A stretch of DNA of 63,998 nucleotides, filler included, from Candidatus Babelota bacterium (GTDB lineage Bacteria > JAGOBX01), in the NCBI GenBank assembly GCA_017999075.1. It is 7 parts of 7 records of this genome, joined end to end, with 100 filler letters (N's around TTAATTAATTAA, not from the genome) between each part and the next. Parts side by side here need not be neighbours in the genome. Positions count along the whole stretch, not along the records: positions 37,340 to 46,420 come from JAGOBX010000114.1; positions 46,521 to 55,574 come from JAGOBX010000115.1; 5 more parts are not named here. The stretch is one strand, 5' to 3'. Shown here in pieces: positions 40,966 to 52,350 of the stretch (position 1 is its first letter; every line of letters begins with the position of its first letter). Under the pieces are notes generated by a model, which saw only the letters and a list, made by a program, of their open reading frames with translations, was not told the DNA's origin and ran no database searches. Position numbers and translations under genes: made by a program.

Positions 40966-42000
40966 ATGTATATCAGGCAAAAAAAAATAATTTATTCAAT
41001 ATTTATTCTATTTGTTTTTTTAGTTATTTTTAGTTGTTCTAAAAATAAAGGGAATGAAACTTCTGTTTCGCAGCCTATTCAACAGCAGCCAGAAAAAAAA
41101 ATTTTAAATATTAAATTAGTGACATTAAAAGCCGATGAGTATACTGATAGATATGAAAAATTGTTAAAAGAATATTTGAAAAAAAACGGAGTTATTGAAG
41201 GGACTGATTATAATCTGAAATTATTATCGGCTCAAAATGAAATAACAATTATCCCGACTATAATAGATTCTGTTGTTGCTGAAAAAGCTGATATTTTATT
41301 GACTTTTTTTCCTCAAGTTTTATATGCTTCAATAAAAAAAGCGCCTGATATAAAAAAAGTTTTTACAGCTATTGTAAATCCTTTTTTAATTGGAGCAGGT
41401 AATTCTGATACAGATCATATACCAAACTTAACCGGCAATTATGAAGTTTATCCTATAGAAGCTATGCTTGATTATTTTAAAGAATGCAGGCCAAACGCTA
41501 AAAGAATTGGTTTTATATATAACACTAGCATTGAAGAAGACGGTTATATAAAAGATGAAATACTTAAAGCGGCAAAACAGAAAAACATTGAAATGTTTGT
41601 AAAAGGATATGCTTCAACCATTGAAATATCTGATGCGGCAAATTCGTTATTTTCAAAGAAATTAGACGCTGTTTTACATTTGCCTACAAGCGATTTTATT
41701 CAAGTATTAAATGTAATTTCTAAAAAAGCAGTTGAAAATAAAATACCTGTATTAAGTTTTGGCGATAAGGATCTTCCACAACTTTCTATTATGGGCATTG
41801 ATGAAGATGAAACGGAAAAGTATAGTTTTGCAGAATTGGTTTTAAAAGTAATTAAAGGCGAGGACCCTGGAAAAATACCTTTTGTAAATAGTAAATCAGC
41901 AAGGAAATTTATATATGTAAATAAAAAAAATATAGATTCAATAGGGTTTAAAATCAGCGAATCTGTATTGAAGAAGGCCGATAAAATAATTGAAAAATAA
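40966..42000 (+). CDS. ABC transporter substrate-binding lipoprotein (ABC_sub_bind-like)
   Basis: Lipobox IFSC; VFTAIVNP, PNLTG, KRIGFIYN, GEDPGKIP. Confidence 0.85.
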   Translation: MYIRQKKIIYSIFILFVFLVIFSCSKNKGNETSVSQPIQQQPEKKILNIKLVTLKADEYTDRYEKLLKEYLKKNGVIEGTDYNLKLLSAQNEITIIPTIIDSVVAEKADILLTFFPQVLYASIKKAPDIKKVFTAIVNPFLIGAGNSDTDHIPNLTGNYEVYPIEAMLDYFKECRPNAKRIGFIYNTSIEEDGYIKDEILKAAKQKNIEMFVKGYASTIEISDAANSLFSKKLDAVLHLPTSDFIQVLNVISKKAVENKIPVLSFGDKDLPQLSIMGIDEDETEKYSFAELVLKVIKGEDPGKIPFVNSKSARKFIYVNKKNIDSIGFKISESVLKKADKIIEK

Positions 42001-42217
42001 ATTTTGAGGAATATCGACTTCGAAAAAAATGGGGACGGTTCTCATTTAATTGAGAATTAGAAAAATTACAGAAATAGCGGATGATGATGTTTTAAATATT
42101 GAGTTTTAAGTTATGAATTGAAAAAAATGCTTTAGTGTTGTTGAATTAAGGGAAGGTAAAGGAATCAATAAAAAAATAATAATTTTATAAAATAATATTT
42201 TTCAGGAGACAATTTTT

Positions 42218-45200
42218 ATGTTAAAAAAAATTTCATTATTTTTTGTAGTAACTATTTTATTGCTGGCAGGGATAATGAAAATTGACGCGAATGAACGCGG
42301 TTCGCAGAGTAAGCGCGGACTTAGAAATGTCGAGCAAAAAGCGGCTCTTGAAAATGTAGAGTTGCCGGAAACTAATGAAACTACTAAATCTATTGAAATC
42401 GGAAAAATAATCACTGATAAAGTGCTTCCTGTTGAACTTGGGAAATATTATTTTACAGTGAATGATAAAGTATATGAAGTGAATTTGACTACAAAAGAAA
42501 TCAAGGCGTTTGCTGAAGAATTGCCTGAAATCAGCGGCAGTTTTTTTATGGTTGGCGCGGACGGGCAGATATATGAAATGACAGATTCGCGTATTGACGG
42601 ATTGGCGGATTCGGATAAACTCCGCAGTGTTAAATCTGCGAAAAAAAGCAAATCAAAGAAGAAAATTTTAAAATCAGTTTCTAATTCCTCATCGGCAAAA
42701 TCAGTGAAATCATCAAGAGACGCGCGGTCGGTTGCAGGAGAAGATTTATCCATTAAACCTATAACAAAATTTTCGGTTGTTGGTAATGACAGATATGTTT
42801 ATGAATATGATTTGATTAATAAAACAGTTAATAAAAAGGATGAATTTGAATATGAAATTGAAGACGGAAAAATTTATATAAAGACAGGCGAAGAGTTTGA
42901 AACGGTAGATATTCAAAAATTAAAAGATTCAAAAATTGAAAAATTGAAAGATTCAGATAATGAAAATGAATCAGAGAGGGCAGTAAAATCAAGAAGCGCC
43001 AGAAGCGTGAGACGTTCACAGACAGGAAACCGCGGTGAAAGAAGAGTTGAACAATTAAGCGGTCAAGATTCTAAAATTTCAGATACGGAAATAATTGAAT
43101 GCACGGAAAGCGGTCTGATAAAAATAATATTGAAAGCAGAGTATTCTGCATTGATAAAAAAAAATGAGAAAATAGAGGGAAGAATCATAACTAAAAAACC
43201 GTTGAATATTGATAAATCAAAAATTTATTTTGTTGAAAACGGTTATATTTACGAAGCGGATTTAAAAAATAATTGTATCGGAAAATTTATTGATAAACAG
43301 GTTTTGAAAACAAATAAATACTGGTTTACAGTTAAGCCTGATGGAAATATTTTGGCTGTAAAATTGACGGATTTGACAAATGACGAATTAACGGATTCGA
43401 CAAAAAAAACAGTCGGCGATAGAGGCGTAAAATCAAAGAGTTCGCCCAACCGGAGAGTGAGAACGGCAGGCGATAGAAGCGAAACTGAGGTAGATACCGG
43501 ATTAAAAGATATTATAGAAAGTGATTTAAGACTGAAACAAGAAAATTATATAATGGCGGGAAAAGATAGGATTTTATATTTGTATGATATAGAAAAAAAT
43601 GAAATTTTTAAGTATTCGAAGCATTCGGAAGAAATTAAAGAAAATCAAGTTTTAATAATTGATTCGGAAAACAATAAATATTTTATTGATTTAGAAAAAG
43701 GAACAATAGAAATTTCAAAAATTGAAAAATTTGAAGATTCAGAACAGGAAGGCGACAGAGGAATACGTTCAAGACGCAGCCCTAAAAGTCAAAGACCAAA
43801 AATTGTAAAATTTGGAAAATCAATGAAAAAAACGGCCGAAAGCACAGTTAGGTCGAAACGCGGAGTACGTTCCGTCTCCTTGCAAACAGATGAGGAAGAC
43901 GCATTTCTGCTTGAACTATTGAGCGAGTTTATGCTTGAGTTAGAGCCGGCAATTGAAAAAATATCGGCCGGCAAACTTGCATTTGCAAGTTCAACATCAG
44001 GTCAGAACAGTATAGAAAAATTTGTAAACGACGGAGATGTAAAAACGAGATGGTCGTCAATTTTTTTCGATAATCATTGGATTAGTATTGATTTGGGCGA
44101 CAGAAAAAAAATTACAAAAGTAGTATTAAATTGGGAGCGAGCATGCGGTTTGAATTATAAGATTCAAGTTTCAGACGATAATATAAATTGGATTGATGCC
44201 GCGAATATAACAGACGGGAAATGGGAGATTAGAGAAATTCCGGTTGATGCATACGGCAGATATGTCCGGATGAACGGCGTTAAACGCGCGACACAATGGG
44301 GGTTTTCAATTTGGGAATTTGATATTTACGGAAGCGATATAGTCGATAAAGTCGAGGTTGATCTGAAAATGAAAAATGCTGTTATCAAATCAATAACAGA
44401 TTTGATAAACGAATTGCCTGAAGTATCGATTGTTAAAACTGAAGACCGCGAGAAAATATTTTCTGTGCTTAAATTGATTGAAGCATCCAAAAAATACGGA
44501 GCGTCGGAAGCTGATATATCAAATCTTGATAAACTTGTAAAACTTGAAAATCAATTGGAGCGGCTTGCGAAAAAAAATATTATGCCTGCAAATATCATTG
44601 CTTTAAATATGTCGAATGAAATAGTTAAGAGTGACGGCAAAGGCAACTGGAATGCAATCGGAAGCGGTTATAATTTTATTGCAGTAGGAGCGGACGGCGA
44701 ACTTTGGACTTTAAAATCGCAGGAAATTTATAGATATAAATCAGATAATAATTTTGAAAAAATTGGTGGCGCATTGGTAAATATTTCTATTGGAAAGAAT
44801 ATATGGATGGTTTATGGGACGAATTCTTCGGGAGCAGTATATTGGAGACATCCAACACAAAATGTATGGCAGAAATTAGGCGGAACATTAAAACAACTTT
44901 CTGTTGGTTCAGATAAAACTCTTTTCGGGGTCCAATCAAATCAAACTATTTGGGAATTATCTAATAATAATTGGAATAAACTTAATGGAGAATTGAATTA
45001 TGTTTCAGTAGGCAATAAAGATAATATTTGGGGATTAACAAAGGATGGTCAAATTTATCAATATGCAAGCGGGAATTGGAAACAGATTGATGGAAATATG
45101 AAATTCATATCCGCAAATAACGGGAATACGGCTTACGGATTAGATGCCAATAATAATGTTTTCAAATGGCAGAACGCCAAATGGCAGCAGCTTGAAGGTC

Positions 45201-46420
45201 AGTTTAAAATGCTTGATGTTAAAACCGATACTGAAATAGTATCTCATTTTTCGCCTGAAAAGGAAATAGAATCAAAAAATATCCCGATAAATTTAGCTAT
45301 TGACGCGATAAACGCATTGCCAGAAATTTTGTCTGTTAAAATTGAGGATAAAGATAAAATCGAGGCCGCAAAAAAAATAGTTGCAGAAGCGAAAGCAAAA
45401 GGCGCGGCTGACTCAGATATAACAAATCTTGATAAAATTTCTAAACTTGAAGCACAGATTACAGCGCTTGAGAAAAAAGCAGCAGAAGAAGCTGCGGCTA
45501 AATTAAAAGCTGAGCAAGAGGCAATTGCAAAAGCCGCAGCCGAAGAAGAAAAGAAAAATGCAATCAAATCAGCGATAGACGCAATAACCGCTTTTCCTGA
45601 AGTTTCGGCTGTTAAAATTGAGGATAAAGATAAAATCGAGGCCGCAAAAAAAATAGTTGCAGAAGCAAAAGCAAAAGGCGCGGCTGACGCAGATATAACA
45701 AACCTTGAAAAAATAACGCAGCTTGAAAGCAAGATAGGGGAACTTGAAAAAATTGCAGCGGAAGCAAAGGATATTTCAATTGAAAAAATTTCAGTAGGTA
45801 AAAACGCATCTGCAAGTTCCGGCACGGCAAAAAATGCAATTGACGGCAATGTAAATACCTTATGGGCTGCAGGCTGGTTTGATAATGAATGGATCGCGAT
45901 TGATTTAGGCGATAGAAAGAAAATCACAAAAGTAGCATTAAATTGGGAACGCTGCGGTTCAGAATATAAAATACAGGTATCGGACAATAATGAAATATGG
46001 AAAGATGCAGCGCATATAAAAAACGGCAAAACGGAGAATAAAGAAATTACAGTTGATGTTTTAGGCAGATATGTCCTTCTGAAGGCTATTAAATGTCCTA
46101 ACGGCGGGTCAGCAGTAAGAGAATTTGATATTTACGGTCGGGATTTGACTGCAGCAGAAAAAAAATCCGAAGCTGAAGCCGCTGAAAAAGCTGCGGCTGA
46201 AGAGTTGGCAAAAGCAGCCTTGAATCTTGCTTTAAATAAATCAATAACCGCAATGTCCCAAAACAGAAGTTATCCCGTAAAAAATATTGTTGACGGAGAT
46301 ACTAATACTTACTGGCTTACAGATGAAGGCGGTAAACCGAATTTAACAATAAATTTTGGCGTTAATACGGAAATGACCACTTTAAAAATCAAATGGCATT
46401 CAAGGCGGTTAAGAGAAGGA
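42218..46420 (+). CDS. Giant secreted protein (3' cut): novel N-terminal repeats, F5/8C domains, tectonin-like propeller, helical repeats
   Basis: Signal peptide; DGDVKTRWSS and DGNVNTLW F5/8C domains; W..I.G.L..ISVG repeats; three AI.ALPE..EDKDKI repeats. Confidence 0.85.
45335..45710 (+). repeat. Recent intragenic duplication of a helical repeat
   Basis: GTTAAAATTGAGGATAAAGATAAAATCGAGGCCGCAAAAAAAATAGTTGCAGAAGC identical at 45335 and 45611. Confidence 0.85.
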
Positions 46421-46520
46421 NNNNNNNNNNNNNNNNNNNNNNNNNNNNNNNNNNNNNNNNNNNNTTAATTAATTAANNNNNNNNNNNNNNNNNNNNNNNN
46501 NNNNNNNNNNNNNNNNNNNN
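46421..46520. other. Artificial contig linker
   Basis: N44-TTAATTAATTAA-N44. Confidence 0.99.
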
Positions 46521-48393
46521 TGTCGTTATATCTATTATAAGTATCATTTGTGATCCAGATTGATTGACGAGGGTCCCAAAAAGCAAACATTTCATTAATT
46601 CCGTTCTTGTTTTTGATAGAAGCGACAAGCGGTTCGCGTTTAACAGCTAAACTAACTAGCACAGGCTGATAAGCTGATTTTAAAGATTCATATCCTTTTT
46701 TTGGAAGTCTGAAATAATCAACAACTGACCATGTTATACTTGGCCAGCAGTCGACAAACATAAATTGAAACAGACCTGTTATAGGTTTGTGTTTGGCGCG
46801 GCGGTAGTTTTCAATTGCAAACTTTATTAAATTCGCCTGATATTCCTGGCTGTTTTTTATAAATTCTTCTATATTTGTTCCGATTTGAATTTTGGCGACG
46901 TTAAAAGTTTGTTCATATCTGAAATTATGATAACCCCAGAATTCCCAGTCGGGCGGCCAAATTTTGTTTTCTGGAATAAATTTTTTTATACTTGATATAG
47001 CCGGTAACGCCTGCGCTCCGAATTCTGTTATCATAGGAGCGCAAGGTAATCCTGCAAATTCAGAATAGTGTCCATAATACCATCCTGGATATGGATGTGT
47101 TTCGAGTTCTGATGCCATCTCGATGTGTCGCCAAGCGTCAATACTTTTCAGCGCTGCATATAATATAGGCGTGAGTTTATTTTTATTGCCGCTTGGTTCA
47201 TTATGACAGCACCAAACTACTATGCTTGGATGATTCATCAGATAAAATGCCATCTCTCTGATTTGCACAACGGATTTAGCAATAAAATCATTGTCATCGG
47301 CATAACTCCATTGCAGCGCGAAATCTTGCCATACAATTATTCCATTTTTATCGCATTCAGAATAAAGTTCTTTTCTGTTAACATGCGCATGAACACGGAT
47401 AGCGTTCACATTTGCGTTTAATAATAATTTAATATCTTTTTTGATTTTCTCATTCGTATATTCAGAAAGCCATTGTGTTGGTATGAAATTAACACCGCGG
47501 ATAAAAATGCGTTTGCCGTTCAAAAACCACACCCATTCTTTAATTTCGATTTCGCGAATTCCGAATACCTGTGAAAAACTGTCAATTAGTTTTCCGCAGA
47601 TATACAATTGCATTTCAGCTTTGTAAAGATGCGGGAATCCATAATCGTGGCACCACCACAATTTCGGATCAGGGATATTGACGCAAAAAACAATCGGGTC
47701 TTTTTCACGGGCAAGCGAAACCTCGCGCGTTAAAGTTATTTTTTTTTCACTTTTAAAATTTTGAGGTGAAATAATAATCTTGACTTTAACAATCTCGTTT
47801 GATGATAATTTCTCAATTTTAGCGGTAATGAGCAAAGCCGCCTCTTTTTCAGATATAATTTTAGAATTTATCTGAAGCCAGCGGGTTCTTACAACATTTG
47901 TTATCATTAAACTCACATTATTCCATATGCCTCCAGAATTTTTATCCTGCCCGCGTTTCACATCCCATCCGCCCGGCCTTGTATCGTGTTGTCCGAATAT
48001 TCCTTTTATAACTTTTTTTTTATGAGGCCAATAACGGGGCGATTCAAACGGCGAATCAACTCTTACTATTAATTCGTTTTTTTTCTTCAAAAGATGAGTT
48101 ATATTGAATTTAAAAGGTGAAAAATAACCTTCGTGTTTTCCAAGATAAACGCCATTTAAAAAAACTTCAGCAATGTAGTCAATGCCTTTAAAACAAAGAA
48201 AAATCCGTTCTTGTTTAGATGTTTTTACTTTTTTGAATATTTTTCTAAACACAACAAGTCCTGAATGATCGAGTCCTTGTAAATACCAGTTTGAAGGTAT
48301 CTGCATTTTTTTCCAAGTTTTTGAATTTTCATAATTTCTGTCAAGCGTATAATCCCAAACGCCGTCAAGTGCAATATATTTTCGTGTATCCAT
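46521..48393 (-). CDS. Glycoside hydrolase family 2, beta-mannosidase-like (3' end cut)
   Basis: FKGIDYIAEVFLNG, FIRGVNFIP, WQDF, WCCHNEP, ITEFG. Confidence 0.9.
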
Positions 48394-48412
48394 TTGATTT
48401 AACTCCGTTTAT

Positions 48413-50212
48413 TTAGATTTTTATAACCGCTCGGTCTTTTTTTATTATTGCGGATATAATTGACATAGATTTTAAAAATAAAGTATAATTATTAGTGATT
48501 TGATTTGCATTATAATACCTGAAAACTTCAAACCACGAGTTTAATAATCGAAGTTTGGATTCTTTGAGAGGTTCTAATAAAATTTTCAATAGCATAGTAA
48601 GATGAACACGGCATTCAGTGTTGTCGAGCATTCCTGCAGGATAAGGCGTAAAATTTTTATAGATATTATTATTACCCTTATTTTTATAATAGTTTAGCAA
48701 CGCTGATTTTATAAGCCATCGTTTCAAATCGGCCACAAAAGTTTTGTCAGCCGCTGCAACATCATTTCCGGAAATGTTCATCAATTGTTTCAATTTTTTG
48801 GATTGATTGTGCGCCATTTTTAATAAAGGGATATATCTTAATTCTTCTTGAGTTTCACCGTAAATACTTATCAGGCGTGCTGTATCTTCCCCTCTAGTAA
48901 TTTTATCAAAACAGAATGAGTTGCCTTGGATTATAGAATTAGCAAGAGAAAATATCAGGCCGCCGCGTGCACTTGGATGCCTTGAGTTTTTTTTATCAAT
49001 TTTATAGATGTAGTCTATTGATTTGCGGTATAAATTGTTTTTCTGATAAAACATATTAAATGATAAGTCTTGTTTATCTGGTGCAACATCAGATAGTGAA
49101 ATTGATTTTTTGATGGGAATATTTGGATTATATTGATAATATTCACCAGCCTGGATTGTGATGGTTTTACCGTTTTTCAATAAACTGCCTAGTCCGTTTA
49201 GTCCGAGTCCCAAAAAAGTTTCGCCATTATCTTTTAATAATTCGCAGTAATTTTTTTCAATCAGCTGATCTTCATCAATTTCAATAAGTCCGCATAGATT
49301 ATCAGGATATATTGTAAGGATTTCTGCCGCGACAAATAATTCGGAAAAATTTCTGATATTAGGATAACTGCATAAACCTGCTGAATAAATATTTTTAATA
49401 TAATCTCTCACATCAGTTTCACAATTTTCAATTTTAGAAAAGATTAACTCATTAAATATTTTGTCAAAAAAATGTTGCGTTATGTATTTAACGTTTAAAT
49501 TTTCCAGTCTGCAATTTTTATTAATGAGTCCTGATATCCAGTCATAAGCTTCTTTATTAATTTCTTTTTTGGTAGAACCGATTACTACATAAACGGGATA
49601 TTTAAAATTTTTTGGAAGACATTGATACTTGGAATTCAGAATTTCGTTGAAATTATTTATTGCATCCAGGAAATACAGGTCTTTATAATCAAGGACTCCG
49701 GTTTCATCGCTTCTCAAAGGATATGGGTGATCAAAATTTAAAGTATTCATATATAAATTACCAAGGGAAGTTTGTTTATAATAATCACCGACATAAACAG
49801 GCATTATAATAGCGGAATTAGCTGGATTAACAGAATTTTCTTTTTGAATTTCTGGCAACTGCAGATTAGTTTTTGTTTTTTCATTTGACATGTAATAGCA
49901 TCCGCTTAAATATTTTTGCAGTTCTTCAAGAAAATCTATATTGTTAGAATCAAGTAAATCAATTAGTTTATCTGAATTCATCTGATCAATAAAAACATCT
50001 GTTTTTTTAGCAGCTTCAAACAAAAAACTCAAAATGGTATTAAAATCAAATATCAATTCAACTGTATTGAAAATGTTATAAAATTCCTGATAATCTGATT
50101 TATTTTTGTGATTTTCACTGTTGAAAAAATCAATAAGCAATTTGTTGATTTTGTCATTTTTATTTATCTTTAGTTTCTTGAAAATCGCGTTTAATAATTT
50201 GTTTTTTTTCAT
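48413..50212 (-). CDS. Hypothetical protein, possible GT-A-like C-terminal domain
   Basis: YPNIRN, IDEDQ (DxD-like), GGL, ITRGED. Confidence 0.45.
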   Translation of the reverse strand: MKKNKLLNAIFKKLKINKNDKINKLLIDFFNSENHKNKSDYQEFYNIFNTVELIFDFNTILSFLFEAAKKTDVFIDQMNSDKLIDLLDSNNIDFLEELQKYLSGCYYMSNEKTKTNLQLPEIQKENSVNPANSAIIMPVYVGDYYKQTSLGNLYMNTLNFDHPYPLRSDETGVLDYKDLYFLDAINNFNEILNSKYQCLPKNFKYPVYVVIGSTKKEINKEAYDWISGLINKNCRLENLNVKYITQHFFDKIFNELIFSKIENCETDVRDYIKNIYSAGLCSYPNIRNFSELFVAAEILTIYPDNLCGLIEIDEDQLIEKNYCELLKDNGETFLGLGLNGLGSLLKNGKTITIQAGEYYQYNPNIPIKKSISLSDVAPDKQDLSFNMFYQKNNLYRKSIDYIYKIDKKNSRHPSARGGLIFSLANSIIQGNSFCFDKITRGEDTARLISIYGETQEELRYIPLLKMAHNQSKKLKQLMNISGNDVAAADKTFVADLKRWLIKSALLNYYKNKGNNNIYKNFTPYPAGMLDNTECRVHLTMLLKILLEPLKESKLRLLNSWFEVFRYYNANQITNNYTLFLKSMSIISAIIKKDRAVIKI

Positions 50213-50225
50213 TAATTATTCAGAG

Positions 50226-51557
50226 TTAATATATTAAAAATAATCTTAAGTCCATAACATTGATGCCTGTTGGACCAGTTATAATCAGATCATTCAACTT
50301 TTTGAAAAAAGTATAGGAATCATTAGAGTTAAGAAATTTTGAAGGATTCAAATTTAGCGATTTGGCGCGTTTGAGTGTTTGATAATCAGCTATTGCTCCT
50401 GCAGCGTCAGTAGGTCCGTCAGTTCCATCAGTGCCTATACTCGCTATTGTAATCCGTTCTTTATTTTGTATATTTAAAACCGCTGCCAGAGTAAATTCTT
50501 GATTTCTGCCTCCTTTACCGTTGCCTTTTAATTTTACTATTGTTTCTCCGCCCGAGATAATACAGGCTGGTTTTTGTAAAGGCTGATTATTATAAAATAT
50601 TTCTTTGGCTATTGCGTAATGAAAATTCGCAGATTCAGTAGTGTCTCCGCATATTTCAGATGAAAGTATTATTGTGTTATAATTTAGGGATTCCGCCTTT
50701 TTTTTTGCTGCTGCGAGGGTTATTTGGTTGTTAATAAGAATAATATTTTCAATTTTTGGATGATAATTGACTGCAGTTTTATTAAAATTTTCAGTAAACA
50801 ATTTTTTTAATTTTTTATTCGAAAAAATCTTATTTAATAAATTATATTTTTTGAAAATTGTCAAGCAATCTGAATTTGAAACTTTTGATTGAAACACGGT
50901 CGGGCCGCTGGCTATTGTTTCCAAATCATTGCCTATAACATCAGAAACGATTAAAGACAGGCATTCAGCAGGATAAATATAATTTAAAAGTCCTCCACCT
51001 TTAACTTTTGATAAATATTTGCGTATTGTATTTATTTCTTTGATTTCGGCGCCGCAGGCTAAAAGCATTGCAGTGATTTTCTGTTTATCTTCGAGAGTCA
51101 CGTTATCTTCAGGATATATCAGAAGCGAAGAACCTCCTCCTGATAAAAGACAAATGACAAGATCATCTTTATCAGATTTTTTTAAAAATTCTGCAAGTTG
51201 TTTTGTATGTTTGATTCCATTTTTATCTGGGATAGGATGTCCGGCTTCGACTATTTTTATCTTTTCAGTTTTTCGTGAATGTCCGTATTTTGTTATAACA
51301 TATCCGGCGGTAATATAATTTCCTAATATATTTTCCAATGAAACAGCCATAGCAGCGCTTGCTTTGCCGAAACCTATTACATATATATTTTTATATTTAT
51401 TCAATCCGTATATTTTGCCGTTAACGCAAAATTGATCTTTCGTAAGATCAATACATTGTTCAAAAACTGATTCAACAGAGCTTTTCTCAATAGCGTAATC
51501 AATAATTTTAAATGCGTCTTTTCGCGTTTTTATTAAGATGTTTGAGTTTTTATACAT
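50226..51557 (-). CDS. Glycerate kinase, MOFRL family
   Basis: GFGKAS, EAGHPIPD, SGGGSSL, GGRNQE, GTDGTDGPT, TGINVMD. Confidence 0.95.
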   Translation of the reverse strand: MYKNSNILIKTRKDAFKIIDYAIEKSSVESVFEQCIDLTKDQFCVNGKIYGLNKYKNIYVIGFGKASAAMAVSLENILGNYITAGYVITKYGHSRKTEKIKIVEAGHPIPDKNGIKHTKQLAEFLKKSDKDDLVICLLSGGGSSLLIYPEDNVTLEDKQKITAMLLACGAEIKEINTIRKYLSKVKGGGLLNYIYPAECLSLIVSDVIGNDLETIASGPTVFQSKVSNSDCLTIFKKYNLLNKIFSNKKLKKLFTENFNKTAVNYHPKIENIILINNQITLAAAKKKAESLNYNTIILSSEICGDTTESANFHYAIAKEIFYNNQPLQKPACIISGGETIVKLKGNGKGGRNQEFTLAAVLNIQNKERITIASIGTDGTDGPTDAAGAIADYQTLKRAKSLNLNPSKFLNSNDSYTFFKKLNDLIITGPTGINVMDLRLFLIY

Positions 51558-51561
51558 AGTC

Positions 51562-52350
51562 TTAAATATTGAATCTTAGTACTGAATTTTTAAAATGCTC
51601 CCAGCCGTTAGGTGCTGGTTCAGGTATTTTAATAATATTTTTTATTTTTATAAGCTTTTCGCAATACTGCATATTTTCATTTATTATTATAAAAGAAACA
51701 TCAGAATATTTTAACATTTTATAATCGTTATCTGAATTGCCAATTGCAAATATGATATTTTTAGAAAATTTTTTTTTTATAAATTTAAGCGCGTGAACTT
51801 TATCTGATTTTGCAGAAAGCGATAGAAATTTTCCTCCGTATTGTATTTGTAAATTATGCATACGAGTAAATTCATTTATTTTTTTTAATTGTTTTTGAGT
51901 TCCGTTGAATTTAAAAAGATATGAATACCGCCTGTTTATACTACGCTTTGCGTCAGCAACAGAATAACCGCATAATTTCGAGTATTCTTTTAAAGAAAGG
52001 CTTTTAAGGTCGATTAAGCAATCTTTGAATTTGTTTTTTATTTCAAGATAAGTATCAAAAAAATCTTCACGAAGACGGCCTAACCGGATATATTCATTAT
52101 TCCATTTCTTCGTTAGCACCTGCTGGAATTTATTTGGGAAAAAAATAAAATTTCCATTTTCGCCAATAAATGGGCATACAGTTTTTATTTTAGAATTAAG
52201 ATAATTGAGTTCTTCGAAAGTTCTTGAAGAAATAAAAAAAACAATTATATTATTTTTAGTTAATTCGCGGATATATTTATAATTATTGCCTGCATAGTAT
52301 TTTTCATTCCAGAAAGTGCCGTCTATATCTGTGAAAATAATCTTATTCAT
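51562..52350 (-). CDS. Mannosyl/glucosyl-3-phosphoglycerate phosphatase-like HAD (IIB)
   Basis: FTDIDGT, SSRTFEE, PFIGENG, GGKF, GNSDNDYKML, PAPNGW. Confidence 0.82.
   Translation of the reverse strand: MNKIIFTDIDGTFWNEKYYAGNNYKYIRELTKNNIIVFFISSRTFEELNYLNSKIKTVCPFIGENGNFIFFPNKFQQVLTKKWNNEYIRLGRLREDFFDTYLEIKNKFKDCLIDLKSLSLKEYSKLCGYSVADAKRSINRRYSYLFKFNGTQKQLKKINEFTRMHNLQIQYGGKFLSLSAKSDKVHALKFIKKKFSKNIIFAIGNSDNDYKMLKYSDVSFIIINENMQYCEKLIKIKNIIKIPEPAPNGWEHFKNSVLRFNI

Noticed and set aside
45244-46029. 261-aa antisense ORF and other short opposite-strand ORFs in the track
   Set aside because: They are shadows of well-supported genes and carry no motifs of their own.
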